Below are positions 43,480 through 57,463 of a stretch of 64,000 bases of DNA, in pieces. This DNA is from Octopus vulgaris (taxonomy: Eukaryota), in the NCBI GenBank assembly GCA_951406725.2, contig OX597816.1, forward strand, positions 69,998,001-70,062,000. Direction: 5' to 3'. A program made the position numbers and the translations under genes. Numbering within the stretch: the first letter of the stretch is position 1; each line of letters opens with the position of its first letter. Below the pieces are notes generated by a model that was not told the origin of the DNA, searched no databases, and saw only the letters and a list, made by a program, of their open reading frames with translations.

Positions 43480-44081
43480 AATTCATTAGCGCTTTCTCCC
43501 ATTCTAGTGGGGTTTTCAAATGAAAATAAGTTCCTTTGCTGGGGATTTTAATCATTTTATGGTTTCTCGTTGTGATGGGGAGGAATATAAGACAGTACAA
43601 GAGGGTGAGGTGGATGAGGAGAAAGTGAGAGGGAGAACATGTGTGTATGTGTGTATGTGTGTGTGTGTGCGTGTGCGTGTGTGTGTGTGTGTTTGTATCT
43701 GAGGTGATTGCTAAAGAGAAAGAGGGGAAGGGAGAGGGAAGAAGAAGGAAATAAGTTTTTTGGTCTGCTGGACAGGATATTGACTCCAAGGGGGTTCTAA
43801 GAATTTCAGTTTTGACCACTTCACAGTGTCATTGAGTGTGTGGTGGTGGGGAGGTAGGCCATAATATTGACTCCAAGGGGGTTCTAAGAATTTCAGCTTT
43901 GACCACTTCACAATGTCACTGAGTGGTGTGATGGCGGGGAGGTAAGCCATAAATTATATTTCCTTTTAACATTATGGGGATAGTCACATGTCTTTTTGTG
44001 TTTTTAAGAATTCTTATCACTTTGTATGATCGTTTTGTGGAGGTGTGTGTGTGTGTCTATGTGTGTGTGTGTGTGTGTGTC

Positions 44082-44126
<45 letters not shown>

Positions 44127-44728
44127 GTGCATGTGCGTGTGTCTGTGTGTTTGGAGAAGGGGAGAGAGACAAAAAAAGAAAAAGAAAAATAAGGGAGGAA
44201 GGGGAAAAAATTGTGTTGATCTTTATACCACTATATACATATATAGACGCGTATACATGAAATATTTGAAAAAAAACTTTTTATCGGTTCAAAATGAACA
44301 ACTAAATTACACCATCTTGAAAATTGTATATCATAGGAAAGTTAAAATTGAAGTGACAGTTAAAAAGTACAGATGAAGTAAATTATAAAAATAATATAAT
44401 GTATATAACAGACAATATATATAGATATATATACACACACATATATATACATATATAGACGTATACTAAATGTTCTACTATATTAGATTGTAAATCGAAA
44501 GATGTGTCCTTCAATGTCACTATATATATATACATATGCTTATACATGAAATATTAGAAAGAGAAAAAAAAACCTTCTATCGATTCAAAATGAACAATCA
44601 AATTACACCATCTTGAAAATTGCATATAGGAAGGTTAGAATTAGAATGACAATTGGCAAGTAAAGATCAAGTAAATTACAAAAATAATATAATGTATATA
44701 ACAGGTAATATATGTATATACACTCACA

Positions 44729-44789
<61 letters not shown>

Positions 44790-45500
44790 TAAATGTTCTA
44801 CTATATTATATTGTAAATCGAAAGATTTGTCCTTCAATGTATGATGAGTAAAGTTTCAGCCATTTAATTTGGGGGAGAACTTAGCTGTGAAATATTTTTC
44901 TATATTCCTCCTGAAAGAGGTGTCGTTCTTCGGACATTTGTAGAAGGGAAAGATCTTAAATTTTCCTTCTCCACACGTAGCTAGGTGTGTACTTAGTGGT
45001 TTTTTGCGTAGTTCTTCCTGCCGAATATGTTGTTGGTGAATCCTGGCTCGCTGGCACAAAGAATTACCAGTTTCACCTACGTAATTCTCCTTGCACGTGG
45101 GGCAGGTTATGCAGTATATAACGTTCTGCGTCTGCATTTATTTTGAATATGTCACCACTTTTAAATCTTATCTCTCTGTTTCCCTCTATGTATTTGTAGG
45201 TGGGGTTTATGCAGATCCCACATCTACCATCTCCGCACTCTTTTGCAAAGAATTCCGTTTATGTTTCTGAAGAGAATTTCGCTCTTGTTAGGTGTTTCTT
45301 TAGGTTTTTGTCTTGTCGTCTACTGTTTTTTATGCTATATTTGTTTAATATGTTCTTCATTTTGGGGCTTTGTAAGGCTATTGGTAGGTTTGAATGTATG
45401 GTTTGGAAGATGTTGGTAACTCCAGGGTTGTACGTGTTTATAAAAGGGATAATGTTTTCTTTGTTTTTTGTTTTGGGTGTCCTGAGTTGTGCGATGTCTA
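43480..45500 (-). mobile_element. Penelope-like element 3' part with partially tandem terminal repeats
   Basis: PFINTYNP linker, CGDGRCGIC zinc motif and GIY-YIG domain; repeated blocks at 44280-44520 and 44575-44850. Confidence 0.85.
44856..45137 (-). pseudogene. GIY-YIG endonuclease domain of a PLE
   Basis: NVIYCITCPTCKENYVGETGNSLCQRARIH..HLATC..IEKYFTAKFSPKLN. Confidence 0.9.
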
Positions 45501-45787
45501 GTTTTAATGTATATATATATACATAACATAGACAAGCACACGTGTTCAGAAAAAAACAGTTCATCTTTACGTTGAACAAACTATTTTGTCTATATATATT
45601 AAAATTCATGTTAGACTAACAGTCTCGTAACACATTTTTCCTTCTCTTTACAATGGCTCTAATGTCATTGACCTGGTGATAAATCTAATTCTACATTTTT
45701 GACCCGCATCCGCTATTTAGAAAGCAATCTATATCTAAACATTTCTCTCTCTCTTCCTCTCTCTCTCTCTTCCCCCCTCTCTCTCTC

Positions 45788-45848
<61 letters not shown>

Positions 45849-46564
45849 ATCTTCCTCTTAAGCATTCACCGTTTCTCCTTCATATGCTTATATGCATTTT
45901 CCTCATTATCTTCGGATTAATTTTTATTATTTTTCTTTCTATAGACAACTTTGATTATTATTTTATTCTGCTTGTCCCCTATAATCATTCGGTATTTAAA
46001 AACTAGTTTTATAGACATTTCTTACAAAATTCCTATTTTGTTTTTGCACATTAAATTGTGTAGGTTGAACTACGTAGAGAAAGAATCATAGTTATTTTTT
46101 GCGATACACACATAAAACAAATTTTTTTCAGGGTTCTCAAAAAAGTGTTGTGGATCCACAGTTTACTAATTTGTTATGTGGACTACAAAAACTTTTATAT
46201 GAACTTTCAGGGTCCATATGCGTCCCGGTTCAGAACCAGTAACAATGCGGTTACATCATCAAAGCACACAAGTTATATAACCAAAGATTTTATCCTTGAT
46301 ATCTTTCACAAAATGAAAGTTAATTTCATGAAAAATCGTGCTTTCGATCCCCAGACAAGTATTACATTACGTTCTTGAACAAGACATTTGGTCTTACGTT
46401 GCTCCAGTTCATCCAAATATAAATAGGTGAAAGTAACTATAAAAATCTCTAATGAAAATTTTCTTATGTGCAATGGTCACAAGAACGTCTTTATTCCGAA
46501 GTGTTACAATTACATTATGGTAAGCGAAGTGTGTGATTTTTGCAAAGGTCAAAGAGTGAACATT

Positions 46565-46795
46565 GACAACTAAATCTATCCTATATGGTTTTGGGTCTGG
46601 TTTGCAAGAGTTTTTATGTGAATACGCGTGTTGAAATACATTTTGCTGTGTTTGGGAGAGTCATATTACCTTAATATATTTAACACGGGTAGTATGAGTC
46701 TCCCAGACACAACAAAATGTATTTCAACACAAGCATTCACAAAAAAGCTCTTGCAAACCAGACACAAAGCCCTATAGGATAGATCTAGTCGTTAC
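46565..46795. repeat. Imperfect palindrome, ~105-bp arms (MITE-like or fold-back)
   Basis: TCTGGTTTGCAAGAG..GTGTTGAAATACATTTTG mirrored around ~46678. Confidence 0.8.
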
Positions 46796-47899
46796 TAATT
46801 GTGACTTTGGGAGCAAAAATAGCAGTTATTGCTAGAAATAAGAGTTAAAACCCTTGTAACTGCATGAAAAGCGCATTTGTATATAATGACTGGATAGATA
46901 ACTGCCTCATGAGTAAAGCCAGAACACTAGACCACGTTTTCGTCCTGTAATATGTGACTATTGCTTCGATGGAACAGCTAAAATCTCTCCGTTACTATAT
47001 AGTTTGTCATACACACGTGCGCACACGCGCACAAATACACAGGCACGTACACACGACAAACTTCCACACAGTTTTCGCCCACCAAATATACTCACATAGC
47101 CCTGTTTGGCCCGGAGTTTTCGTAGAACATACTTTCCCATAGTGCAGCACAGTTGGACTGAACTCGAAATTACATGGTTGCAAAGAGAGCTTCTTAAATT
47201 CAATGCCATACCAGCGCTTATGTAAGAAATCTTCCTAAATATCTTTCAACTTATACGCTACCCTTAACTCTTACCCACACATAACTCCAATTATTTGTTT
47301 CCCCAAAATTCAGAATGTTACTTTCCACAAAACAGCAGCTACTAGTCAGTTACTGCAACCTATGACCTGATGGTTTAGAGTCATTACTAACGTCTACTAC
47401 AACGAATATACCCACACTATAATTCTTTGAATATATGGCACGGAACCAACAATTTTGAAGGAGGAGAAAGTCGATTACATCGACCCCAGTATGCAACTAT
47501 TTCTTGTTTTATAAACCCTGAAAGAATTAAGGCATTAAACTTTGACAAAATCTGAACTCAGATCTAAGAAATATTACTAAACGTTTTGTCCGCCGTGGTA
47601 TCGATTCTGCCAACTGGCTGCCTTTATTTCCTCCTAGTATAAGGAATCTTAGAGTCGAACGAATCTTTGAGTTAGCTGTCAAATCTTTTAATATGTTTGT
47701 TGTTATGCCGTTCTGTATTGTTTATTATCCTAGTATTACAATGATTTGTGTGGAAGTTATATTTTTATCGTTATTTGCCCCGTGTACAGCGAGATCTGAA
47801 ACGATTGTATACTTGTTTATTCTTAATACGTCCCGGTATGTTCGAACGGAAAATATGCTAGTCACTGCAGTGTATATCATAGGATAATAACTTCTCCCT

Positions 47900-48105
47900 T
47901 ATACACCGACATGGCGTTGAACAATTCAACGACCAGTAAATTTGGCGACCGCACTTGCCTGGAGCAAGGAAAATGTTCCCAATGCGAGCCACGCAAGAGG
48001 TTCACAGACAATCTTAAAGACACAATTGGAAAGATCATCTGGGATGATCTTGCATCAGATAAAGAGATGTGGAGTAATCGAATGGCTATTGGTGCTGAAA
48101 CGTGA
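47900..48105 (+). mobile_element. RTE-clade LINE C-terminal remnant
   Basis: LEQGKCSQCEPRKRFTDNLKD..WDDLASDKEMW resembles the RTE GxRxxGxPxKRxxDxLK..WxxLAxDRxxW motif. Confidence 0.65.
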
Positions 48106-48765
48106 TGGATGATGTGACGTCTCTAAATGCAAAGAATTGTATTTTCTAGTAGTTTTAAGAATATACACTTACGTTATACAAGCTATAAATCATTTTCGAT
48201 TCTAATTTAAACAATGGTCAGGAGAGTCATAGTGTACAATAGATACTAATTTGTTTCTTAATGTATTTGCTTATTTGATTGTCAATTTCGTTTTGCCTGT
48301 ATATCAATGGATTTATTGAATGTCATCACATCTGAAATTATTCTTCCATTATATGCAAATATAATTTCGAACTGAGTTTATGGTTCAGTATATGGTTAAA
48401 CTAGTTTTCTGCTACGAATATATAATAAATATACAGTATAGGACTAAAGAACTACCGAATATGGATGTAATTCGCAATATAATGAATGAGTTGTATGAGT
48501 AAATAGTTTTTCTTCGCAAAACCTTTCTTACTTCATTCTATAACAGACAGATATCTTTTCTATAATTGACAAGTTTTCAAGCGTGAAATTTATAATTATA
48601 CGAAAGTGAAAAGACATTGGTAAGGTACGTATCCATAGCATTGTACAAACCATACACACACGTAGCTTCATATACAAACAAACACACACACACACACACA
48701 CATAAAGCAATATTGCTTCGATTCTAAATGATCAAGGTATTATCTCACATGTTTGATACCCGCTT

Positions 48766-48857
48766 AAAATTTTACCTGAAGATAGTGCATTTTATGTTAT
48801 GATGTAATCTATGAATACATGAGTAAAATTCTACCGAAACAGCTGTCGTAAATTTTA
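48766..48857 (+). ncRNA. Type I hammerhead ribozyme motif
   Basis: Stem I UUUAC/GUAAA (extendable); CUGAAGA 48776-82; long imperfect stem II; GAAA-CAGCUG-UC; predicted cut after GUC at 48847. Confidence 0.7.
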
Positions 48858-49631
48858 CACCCATTTGTGTTCTTTTTTATACCTATGTCTCACGTAGGAC
48901 CAAACTTGAGTCGAACCTATGGCTTGAATTGGATTTCGTAGTTATCTGCAATACCCCACTAACACTCGATACCGTCGTGGGTGCTTACCTCACTGAGAAC
49001 CTTAATCTATTGTACCTAGCGATTTCTGGCGTCCTACTTGTTCCTGTGCCTAGATTCTATTAAATCCTTTAACTAATCTCTCTCCTCTGTCACTCTCTTT
49101 CTCTCTATATATCTCTCTTTATATATATATATATATATATATGCATATACATATATATAAATATATGTATACATGTATGTATGTATGGATAGATGGATGT
49201 GTGTATGTATGCATGCATGTATGTATGCATACATGCATGTATGTATGTATGTATGTATGTATGTATGTATGTATGTATGTATGTATGTATGTATGTATGA
49301 ACGTATCTATAGATGTATGTATGCATGTACCCGAACGCATAAATACTCGGGTTGGTGATCGAGGGTGCCGTAATCCTACTGGGCATGAACGACCCCTGGT
49401 CAATGTCAAGATGTCTCTCTAGAAAAATGCTAACTCGTATTTAAAAGTTGGAGCCCCACTTGAGCGGGATATGTTGCGCTTTGCTTGTCTCTAGGCTTCT
49501 ACATATTGCTAGTGAGAGCCATCGTGGTGTTGTGCAAGGTGCACCTGGATTAGGAACCCTTGCATGTACAGTGTTGACAATTGATACTTGCCAGCGATGA
49601 TCATACTTGTCTCGCGAGCAGAAAACTCGCC

Positions 49632-49745
<114 letters not shown>

Positions 49746-50535
49746 GTATGTGTATATGTATTATTTTGTAACTTTTATTTGTTTAGTCCAACTTCGTATT
49801 CTCATTTGTCTGTGTAGAGATATTGTCCGCAGCTATCAAAGTGTCAAATCTCAGTATTTTATATTGCTGCGTCCTTGATCCTTCTTGATAGCAGTGTTCT
49901 CCCAGTTTTTGTGTGTCCTCTGTCCATTTTATTATTTAGTACAAATCCCTTTATTTTCACTAAATTAATTGACTTCTCTCTTATTGGGTTCCTTGCTATT
50001 GTCAGGTTGTGGCCTTTAAAAGATTAAGTGTATATGTGGACCACACCAGACACTAATACATCAGGTATTAACTATTTATCTGCAAAGCACATGCTTTGTT
50101 ATTTACGCAGGTATAGAGTTACTAGATACATAAATATGTCCATGAAACAGAAACATGAAAAGTTGCATGAAAATATCACAAACCGATTATATTCCTGATT
50201 GCTTTTTCATTTGGAATGGTAATATAGCTCGACCCATTATTTGCCGTACTTTGTTTGATGTGTTTTCGTAAATTATTCACATTTTCCTGACAGTAAATCT
50301 ATTCCTGTGTATTAGGAAGCCATTTACAAACCCAGTTTACAGAAGAAGTAATCGCCCTCGCTCAACTCGGATTTTACTGCATGTTGATCAGGTCTGCTTT
50401 CGTTATTAATATTAACACTAAACGAAATGCCGATCGACTTTGATATATGCGTGATATAAAAAGATGCCTTATGATATATATAATCATACATACATACATA
50501 TATGTGTGTGTGTATGTATATGTATATGTATATGT

Positions 50536-50568
<33 letters not shown>

Positions 50569-50599
50569 GTATATATATATATATATATATATATATAGG

Positions 50600-51250
50600 T
50601 TACGAGAGGTAATGGTGTCAAGAATACCCAAAGGTGTCAGGTAATGCTGACTAAGTGCTACGGAAAGACTATAGTTAAGCTCCAAGTTTGGTGATTATGC
50701 GAATGAGGAGTCCAACGTAGGTAATATATCAGCATGGGTGTATGTGAAAATTAACAGAATGAGATAAAAATCCAAGGCTTGAAAGATTTCAGAACATTTA
50801 TAAAGGGAATGTCTTACAGCTGTTTTCGGGATATATTTTATATATCCCGTCATCGGAGACGGAGTGAGGAAATGTTTAAGCAATAGTTATTCCAGAGAAG
50901 ATATGAAATAGAGAGTGAAGTGGGGGAATGAAAACAGACGTGAGATATGCAGGGGTATTGTATCTGCAGATCCATTATTTAAGCAGAATGGTATACATAT
51001 AAGTTTCCTGTACCTTGTGTTTAAGTTTCAATAGTATCTAAATACTGTTTTGTCTAAATAATGAAACTGCAGATACAATATCCCTGCATATTGCACGTCT
51101 GTTTTCATTCCTCCACTTCACTCTCTATTTCATATCTTCTCTAGAATAAATATTGCTTAACCATCTTCTCACACCTTCTCCGATGAAGAGATATATAAAA
51201 TGTCCTAGAAACAGCTGTAAGACCTTCTCTTTGTAAATATTCTGAAATCC
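50600..51250. mobile_element. Inverted pair of hammerhead-bearing PLE-type repeats
   Basis: 50790-50972 is the reverse complement of 51067-51250; third copy at 58008-58605. Confidence 0.75.
50811..50860 (-). ncRNA. Hammerhead motif with variant CCGAUGA core
   Basis: GUCU-CCGAUGA-C-GGGAUAUAU-AAA-AUAUAUCCC-GAAA-ACAGCUGU-A-AGAC. Confidence 0.6.
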
Positions 51251-51292
51251 TTCATAGCCTTTCATCTTCATCCCATTCAGTTAATTTCATAC

Positions 51293-51361
<69 letters not shown>

Positions 51362-51422
51362 TAAAGAGATAGATAGATATGTATACATATATATGTATAT
51401 ATGTGTGTATATACATATACAT

Positions 51423-51475
<53 letters not shown>

Positions 51476-51483
51476 TAAACTCA

Positions 51484-51520
<37 letters not shown>

Positions 51521-51534
51521 ACATATTCTTTCAT

Positions 51535-51915
51535 TCTTTTATTTGTTTCATTCATTTGACTGCAGCCATTTCTGGAGCACCGCATCTAGTCGAACAAATC
51601 GACCCCAAGACTTATTCTTAGTAAGCCTAGTACTTATTCTATCGGTCTACCTTTTGTCGAACCGCTAAGTTACGAGGCCGTAAACATACCAGCATCGGTT
51701 CTCAAACGATGGTGGTCGGGACAGACACAGACACACAAACATATACACATATGTAGACATATATACAACAGGCTTCTTTCAGTTTCCGTCTACCAAATCC
51801 ACTCACAAGGCTTTGGTCGGCTCGAGGCTATAGCAGAAGCCACTTGCCCAATGTGCCACGCACTGGGACAGAACGCGGAACATATCGTTGAGAAGCAAAC
51901 TTCTTACAACACAGC
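51535..51915 (-). mobile_element. Family B SINE
   Basis: TTTCAGTTTCCGTCTACCAAATCCACTCACAAGGCTTTGGTCGG signature. Confidence 0.85.
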
Positions 51916-51939
51916 GATGTCAAATACATACACACACAC

Positions 51940-51974
<35 letters not shown>

Positions 51975-53024
51975 GCACCTACATGCATACACACACGCAC
52001 ATATGTATGTATGCATGTATGTATGTATGTATGTATGTATGTATGGTATGTATGTGGGCATGTATGTATGTACGTAAGTATCTATAATATATACATGTTT
52101 CAGACGTGGGATATCTCGACTGCTTATTTCTGTTTATATATATTTCCCTTCAATTTTGTTGTTCAGCCTTAAAAGAAGAAATAAGAATTGTCAATAACAT
52201 TTCCACAATAATTTATAATGCAGACCTTTTTGTAGTGACTTTACGTAATTTAAGCTGTGATGTAGAAACATTAATTTTTGGCGAAATAATGTTTTGTTTC
52301 ATGCGGAAATAAGTATATACCTACTTCACAACTTTAATAAGATATATGTATGGTTTATACACATAAACTATAAATTTGTCTTATTTAAGTTGTATCATAT
52401 TTCAATTTTGTTATTTCTGCTACTTTCGTTATTTTACTATCTTTTGTTATGCATTTCTTTATGTTGCCTATCAATTACTTCAGCTCTAAATGAATTATAA
52501 GTATACTTCCATTTCTGTTGGTTAAATAATATACTTAAATACTAAAGAAACTATTTCGGCATCAAATTTAATTAGTATTCGAAAGAATAATTGTACTTAT
52601 TTCTGTATTTGTTTATTTAATTATTTTTCATTTTCATTTTATTGCAGTTATTGATCATCATATTTGGTATTACTCTTCGATAATTATCTGAAACTTCTTT
52701 TCAATAAATTGATATACTGATATATGAATTAAGTAATATTTTTTTTTAATTCTGCTATGAAAAAATAAGGAAATAAACAACTGCTAAACATTCATGTTAT
52801 TTGTTATATAATGCATCATGCTACTCTATTATATTTAATTCTTTTAATAATTAAAAACATTTTTAATAACAAAGTGAGATTTAAACTTACTTGAAGAGCA
52901 TTTTCTGTTCTGTTATGTGAGAATAACGTTTCTTATAATGCTGCTTGTCACTGCGTTACTTAGCCCGCCTTTTTCTCTAATCACACTTTCAAGTGATTAG
53001 AAAAAAAGAGGACGGAAGAAAAAC

Positions 53025-53300
53025 GGAGAGAGAAAAAGAGAGAGGGAAGAGCGTCCATGATGCGAGTTAGAGGGAACGTAACTGTAACGTTTTTCACGTG
53101 ATTAGTTGAAGGTAAAAATTGTTCAGCATTGTGTTAATATACGTTCTCGCTGGTCTTGAGAAATTTGTGTCGTGCTGTGGTTCAGCATTTTTGTCCAAAC
53201 TGTACTCTGGCTTCTCTTTACCTTCAATTAATCCCGTGAAGCGTTACAGTTACATTCCCTCTACCTCGCATCATGGACGCTCTTCTCTCCCTCTTTTGTT
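53025..53300. mobile_element. MITE-like element, ~90-bp inverted arms with ~100-bp spacer
   Basis: GAAGAGCGTCCATGATGCGAG..GTAACTGTAACG versus CGTTACAGTTAC..CTCGCATCATGGACGCTCTTC. Confidence 0.75.
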
Positions 53301-53604
53301 TGTTCTTCCCATTTTTTTTTTTTTTTGTGGAGAGTATAATTTTCTCTTGGTTCCTTTCTTTTGTTTCCTGCTGTAATCTTACTGTTTCACTGGAAAGAAT
53401 TTTGTTTTGTTCGTTCATGTTTCGACTTTCATTGAATATAATAAATATGAACAGGAACTGCAATAGAGTGCAAGAGAAAATTTATGATGTCTGACTAAAC
53501 TCCTTACAATGAATATAACATTAACACGAATGTAATGTTAATGCAGTTCTTTTCTCATATTATTTCATAAATAGCAAATTGTTTATATTTTAACTTTTTA
53601 TATT

Positions 53605-53799
53605 TTACTTGTTTCAGTAATTAGACCCGGCCATGCTAGAGCAGCACCTTGAAATTTTAGTCGAATGAATCGACCACAGGACTTATTTTATAAGGCGGGT
53701 ACATATCTGTCGATCTCTTTTGCCGAACTGCTAATATTACGGGGACGCAAGCACACCAACACCGGTTTCAAGCGGTGGTTGAGGTAAAGAACAACACAG

Positions 53800-53837
<38 letters not shown>

Positions 53838-53859
53838 GGAACTGCAGATACAATATCCC

Positions 53860-53896
<37 letters not shown>

Positions 53897-54040
53897 GACG
53901 GGCTTCTTCCAGTTTCTGTCTACCAAATCCACTGACAAGGGTTTTGCCGACCCCAAGCTATAGTAGAAGACACTTGCCTGAGGTAACACACAGTGGGACT
54001 GAACCCGGAACAATGTGATTGGGAGGGGAGCTGTTTACCA
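53605..54040 (-). mobile_element. Family B SINE
   Basis: Same signature as above; 22-nt piece of the 51067 repeat inside its (TA)n. Confidence 0.8.
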
Positions 54041-54992
54041 AACTTAATCTTTTACTACATACATAAAATTTAACTAACAGAATATTGATTATTTTCTCAT
54101 TACAATATTGTAAAAATGGAAATATATTCAGCTCTAATATTCAGTATATGCTCTATAAAGAATTATTCCGCTTTACTAGTTCGGATTTTTTTTTCTGTAC
54201 ATGTCATAAACATTATTTTATATTTTATTTCTTTATACATATATCGTTGAATAAAATGTGCTTCAACAGACTACTGTTGCTATATAGGAGAATTGAAAAA
54301 TTATAAAATTCAAGTAAACCCTCTCTTTATATGTTTTGGTTGCATATGTATGTATGTATAAAAGAGAAAATTTTGTTTCAAAAAATAAGTTTTCGACAAA
54401 CACTTAATAAACTGAATATTGATTTAATTTTACATTGTGTTATTCTAAAAACTGAAATATTTTAAACTAAATTAATATATATTATATGTACAATAAACGT
54501 TTTTGATATTATACATATGACAAAAATTTTCCTGTTATTTTATTTCATCATTCCTATTCATATATACTCATCAATTATAAAAATATGTCGAATACTTTAT
54601 ATAGTTGTTCTTTATATAGCCGCGGTTCTACTTTAATTATTACGTTGCTTTGTAGCTATTGTGAATGGGACTTGGTACGTATTTCTAGCAAAGTGACTAT
54701 CCTTATACAAGCATTCCCTCTCGTGAATATGCGCGTACACATATTAATAACATTTGTGACATATGGTAACTATGAAACAGAATTTGTTACATGATAATTT
54801 CGTCCACAATAGGTACAGGTATGTATGTGTTGTATAAAAATTACTTCCCAGTCACATCGCTCCAGATTCAGTCCCACTGTGTGACAAATAAGGCAAGTGC
54901 TTTCTACTATATCCTCGAGCCAACTAAAGCCTTCTGAGTAGATTTGATAAGCCGAAACTGAAGGAAGCACGTCGTATATATGTATATATATA

Positions 54993-55600
54993 ATCGTATG
55001 TGATCTACTTCTAGCATAAGACTGTCCACATAGTGTTTTTAGCCCTAAATATACACATGTATTGGAATTTTCTCTGATTTTTCAGATTTCTATATGTTAG
55101 ACTACTGGTTTTAAATTGATATCAATTAAACTAATATTCAATTTATCTACCTCATTATTTAAATGTTAAAATAATTATGTTCTCTAATAGGCAGCATTAA
55201 CTGCAGTACATTATTTGTTGCAGAATTTGTTTCTGGAATTTAGCGCGCCAGAACTCAGACATTTGAAATTAACCCCAATGTAATCGGTAGAACTAAGCAC
55301 GTGTCTGGTTTTATACAGAAAACTGGTGGCTAGTTTTACAAATTATATTGTTTTTGGAACGATCGTACTGATGAATCTACGGACGAAGGATTACGTAAGT
55401 AATTTATTCGGTGATAGACGAAACCGGTATACGATTAATTCTTGATTTTTATATAATTTTCATCTGTCTTGCCCGCCTATGTTCTGGTGTTCGCTGAATT
55501 TTCTCTGGAGAACATTTTTTCTTTGTAGTTTGATCGTATGTGATCTAATTCTAGCATATCGCTGCCCATATAGTGGTTTTTACCCCTAAATATACACACA
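54993..55600 (+). mobile_element. ~540-bp hammerhead-containing unit with ~65-bp terminal direct repeat (retrozyme/pLTR-like)
   Basis: ATCGTATGTGATCTA.TTCTAGCATA..CCCTAAATATACACA at 54993 and 55533. Confidence 0.7.
55362..55435 (+). ncRNA. Type I hammerhead ribozyme motif
   Basis: AUCGUA-CUGAUGA-AUCUA..UAGAC-GAAA-CCGG-UA-UACGAU: perfect 6-bp stem I, palindromic ACCGGU stem III, GUA cut site; A instead of G at position 10.1. Confidence 0.8.
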
Positions 55601-55610
55601 CACGTATATA

Positions 55611-55686
<76 letters not shown>

Positions 55687-55720
55687 TACGTACATACATA
55701 CATATATGTATATGTATATA

Positions 55721-55775
55721 CGAGAGACGTTCAATAAGTAATGCCCCTGACCCACTTGCAGTTGTTTGATGTAGT
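55721..55775 (+). repeat. Extra left TIR of the adjacent mariner
   Basis: TA-CGAGAGACGTTCAATAAGTAATGCCCCTGACCCACTTGCAGTTG. Confidence 0.85.
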
Positions 55776-55882
55776 AACCATCAGTAACCATCAGAGCATC
55801 ACAAATCACAGCACATACCCAAGGCACACAGAGCTGCGCTCGGTAGTGAAATGAAAGCACGTTATAAAAATAAAACTACTGA

Positions 55883-55885
55883 ATG

Positions 55886-55976
<91 letters not shown>

Positions 55977-56005
55977 CAACAACAACAACAATAACAATAA
56001 TAATA
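55883..56005. repeat. (AAT)n/(AAC)n microsatellite
   Basis: Direct inspection. Confidence 0.95.
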
Positions 56006-56084
56006 AATCATTTCTACAACACACCTTTATATTTACTAGTGAATAACATGCGTAGTTTCAAACTTCACAAATGTTACAAACGTA

Positions 56085-57343
56085 CGAGGGACGATCAATA
56101 AGTAATGCCCCTGACCCACTTGCAGTTGTGTGATCTAGCTGAAATTTTGCATGTGAAATCATTTCTATCTCTATAGATTAAGTGGCAAATTACAGCTCTG
56201 AACTAATTGTGGTTTCTGATTTACAGGTGTTTGAACTGAGTCAAGTGTGAAATGGAGCCTGTTGAGTGTCGAGCAGTGATCCGGTTTTTGTATTTGAAAG
56301 GACGCACACCACGGGAGACTTTTGATGAAATGAAAGTAACTTATGGTAATGATGCCCCATCATATGGCCTTGTAAAACGCTGGCATCGTGAATTCAAACA
56401 TGGTCGGACCTCTGTGGAAACAGCTCCCAGATTGGTCGCCCCACTTCTGCCATTGATGAGGCATCTGTCCGTCAAGTTGAGGCTGCCGTTTTGGAAGATC
56501 GACGCATAACTATTCGCCAAATAGCCCATGAGGTCAAGATTAGTACCTGGTCTGTGGAAACTATCATTCATGACCATTTGCATATGCAAAAGGTGTCTGC
56601 CAGATGGATTCCCAGGTTGCTCACGCCTTACCAGAAGCAAGAACGTGTCGAGTGCTCGAGGGTGAATTTGGAGATGTGCCAAGAAGATGAGACAAAATTT
56701 TTCAAAAGACTGATTACACAGGATGAAACCTGGGTCCATCACTATGATCCAGAGACCAATGCCCAGTCAATGCAGTGGAAGCACCGTGACTCACCTCCTC
56801 CAAAGAAGGCAAGGGTGCAGCCCTCCGCTAGCAAGGTCATGCTTACAGTCTTCTGGGACCAGGACGGAGTAGTGATGGCAAAGGGTACCAGAATTACGGG
56901 AGCCTATTATGCTTCACTTTTGAGGAAATTAAGAGAAGCTATCAAAATCAAGAGGCGGAGCAAGATCAGCAAAGGCATCCTCCTCCTGCAGGACACACCT
57001 CGCGTGTCGCCAGATCAGAAGCACAGGCGTGTGGCTATGAACTCCTCCCCCCTACTCTCCTGACCTTGCACCCTCTGATTTTCACCTCTTCCCAGCTATG
57101 AAGTTGTTTTTGAAAGGAAAGCGTTTCCCAGATGATGCAGCCTTGATTTCTGAAGTCACGTCATGGTTGGAGGACCAAGCTGGGTTCCTCTACAAAAACG
57201 GTCTCCAGAGCTGCATCAAACGATGGGAGAAATGCGTAACTCTGGGTGGTCCTATGTAGAAAAAGACTAATAACTGTGGCAAGTTTCGTTGCTCTACTAC
57301 TATGGGAAGTGGGTCAGGGGCATTACCTATTGAACGCCCCTCG
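56085..57343 (+). mobile_element. mariner (DD34D) transposon with frameshifted transposase (56252-~57258)
   Basis: TA-flanked ~37-bp TIRs; WIPRLL, TQDETWVHHYDPE, YSPDLAPSDFHLF motifs. Confidence 0.95.
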
Positions 57344-57404
57344 TATATATACATACATACATACATACATACATACATACATAAATACATACATACATAT
57401 ATAC

Positions 57405-57463
<59 letters not shown>

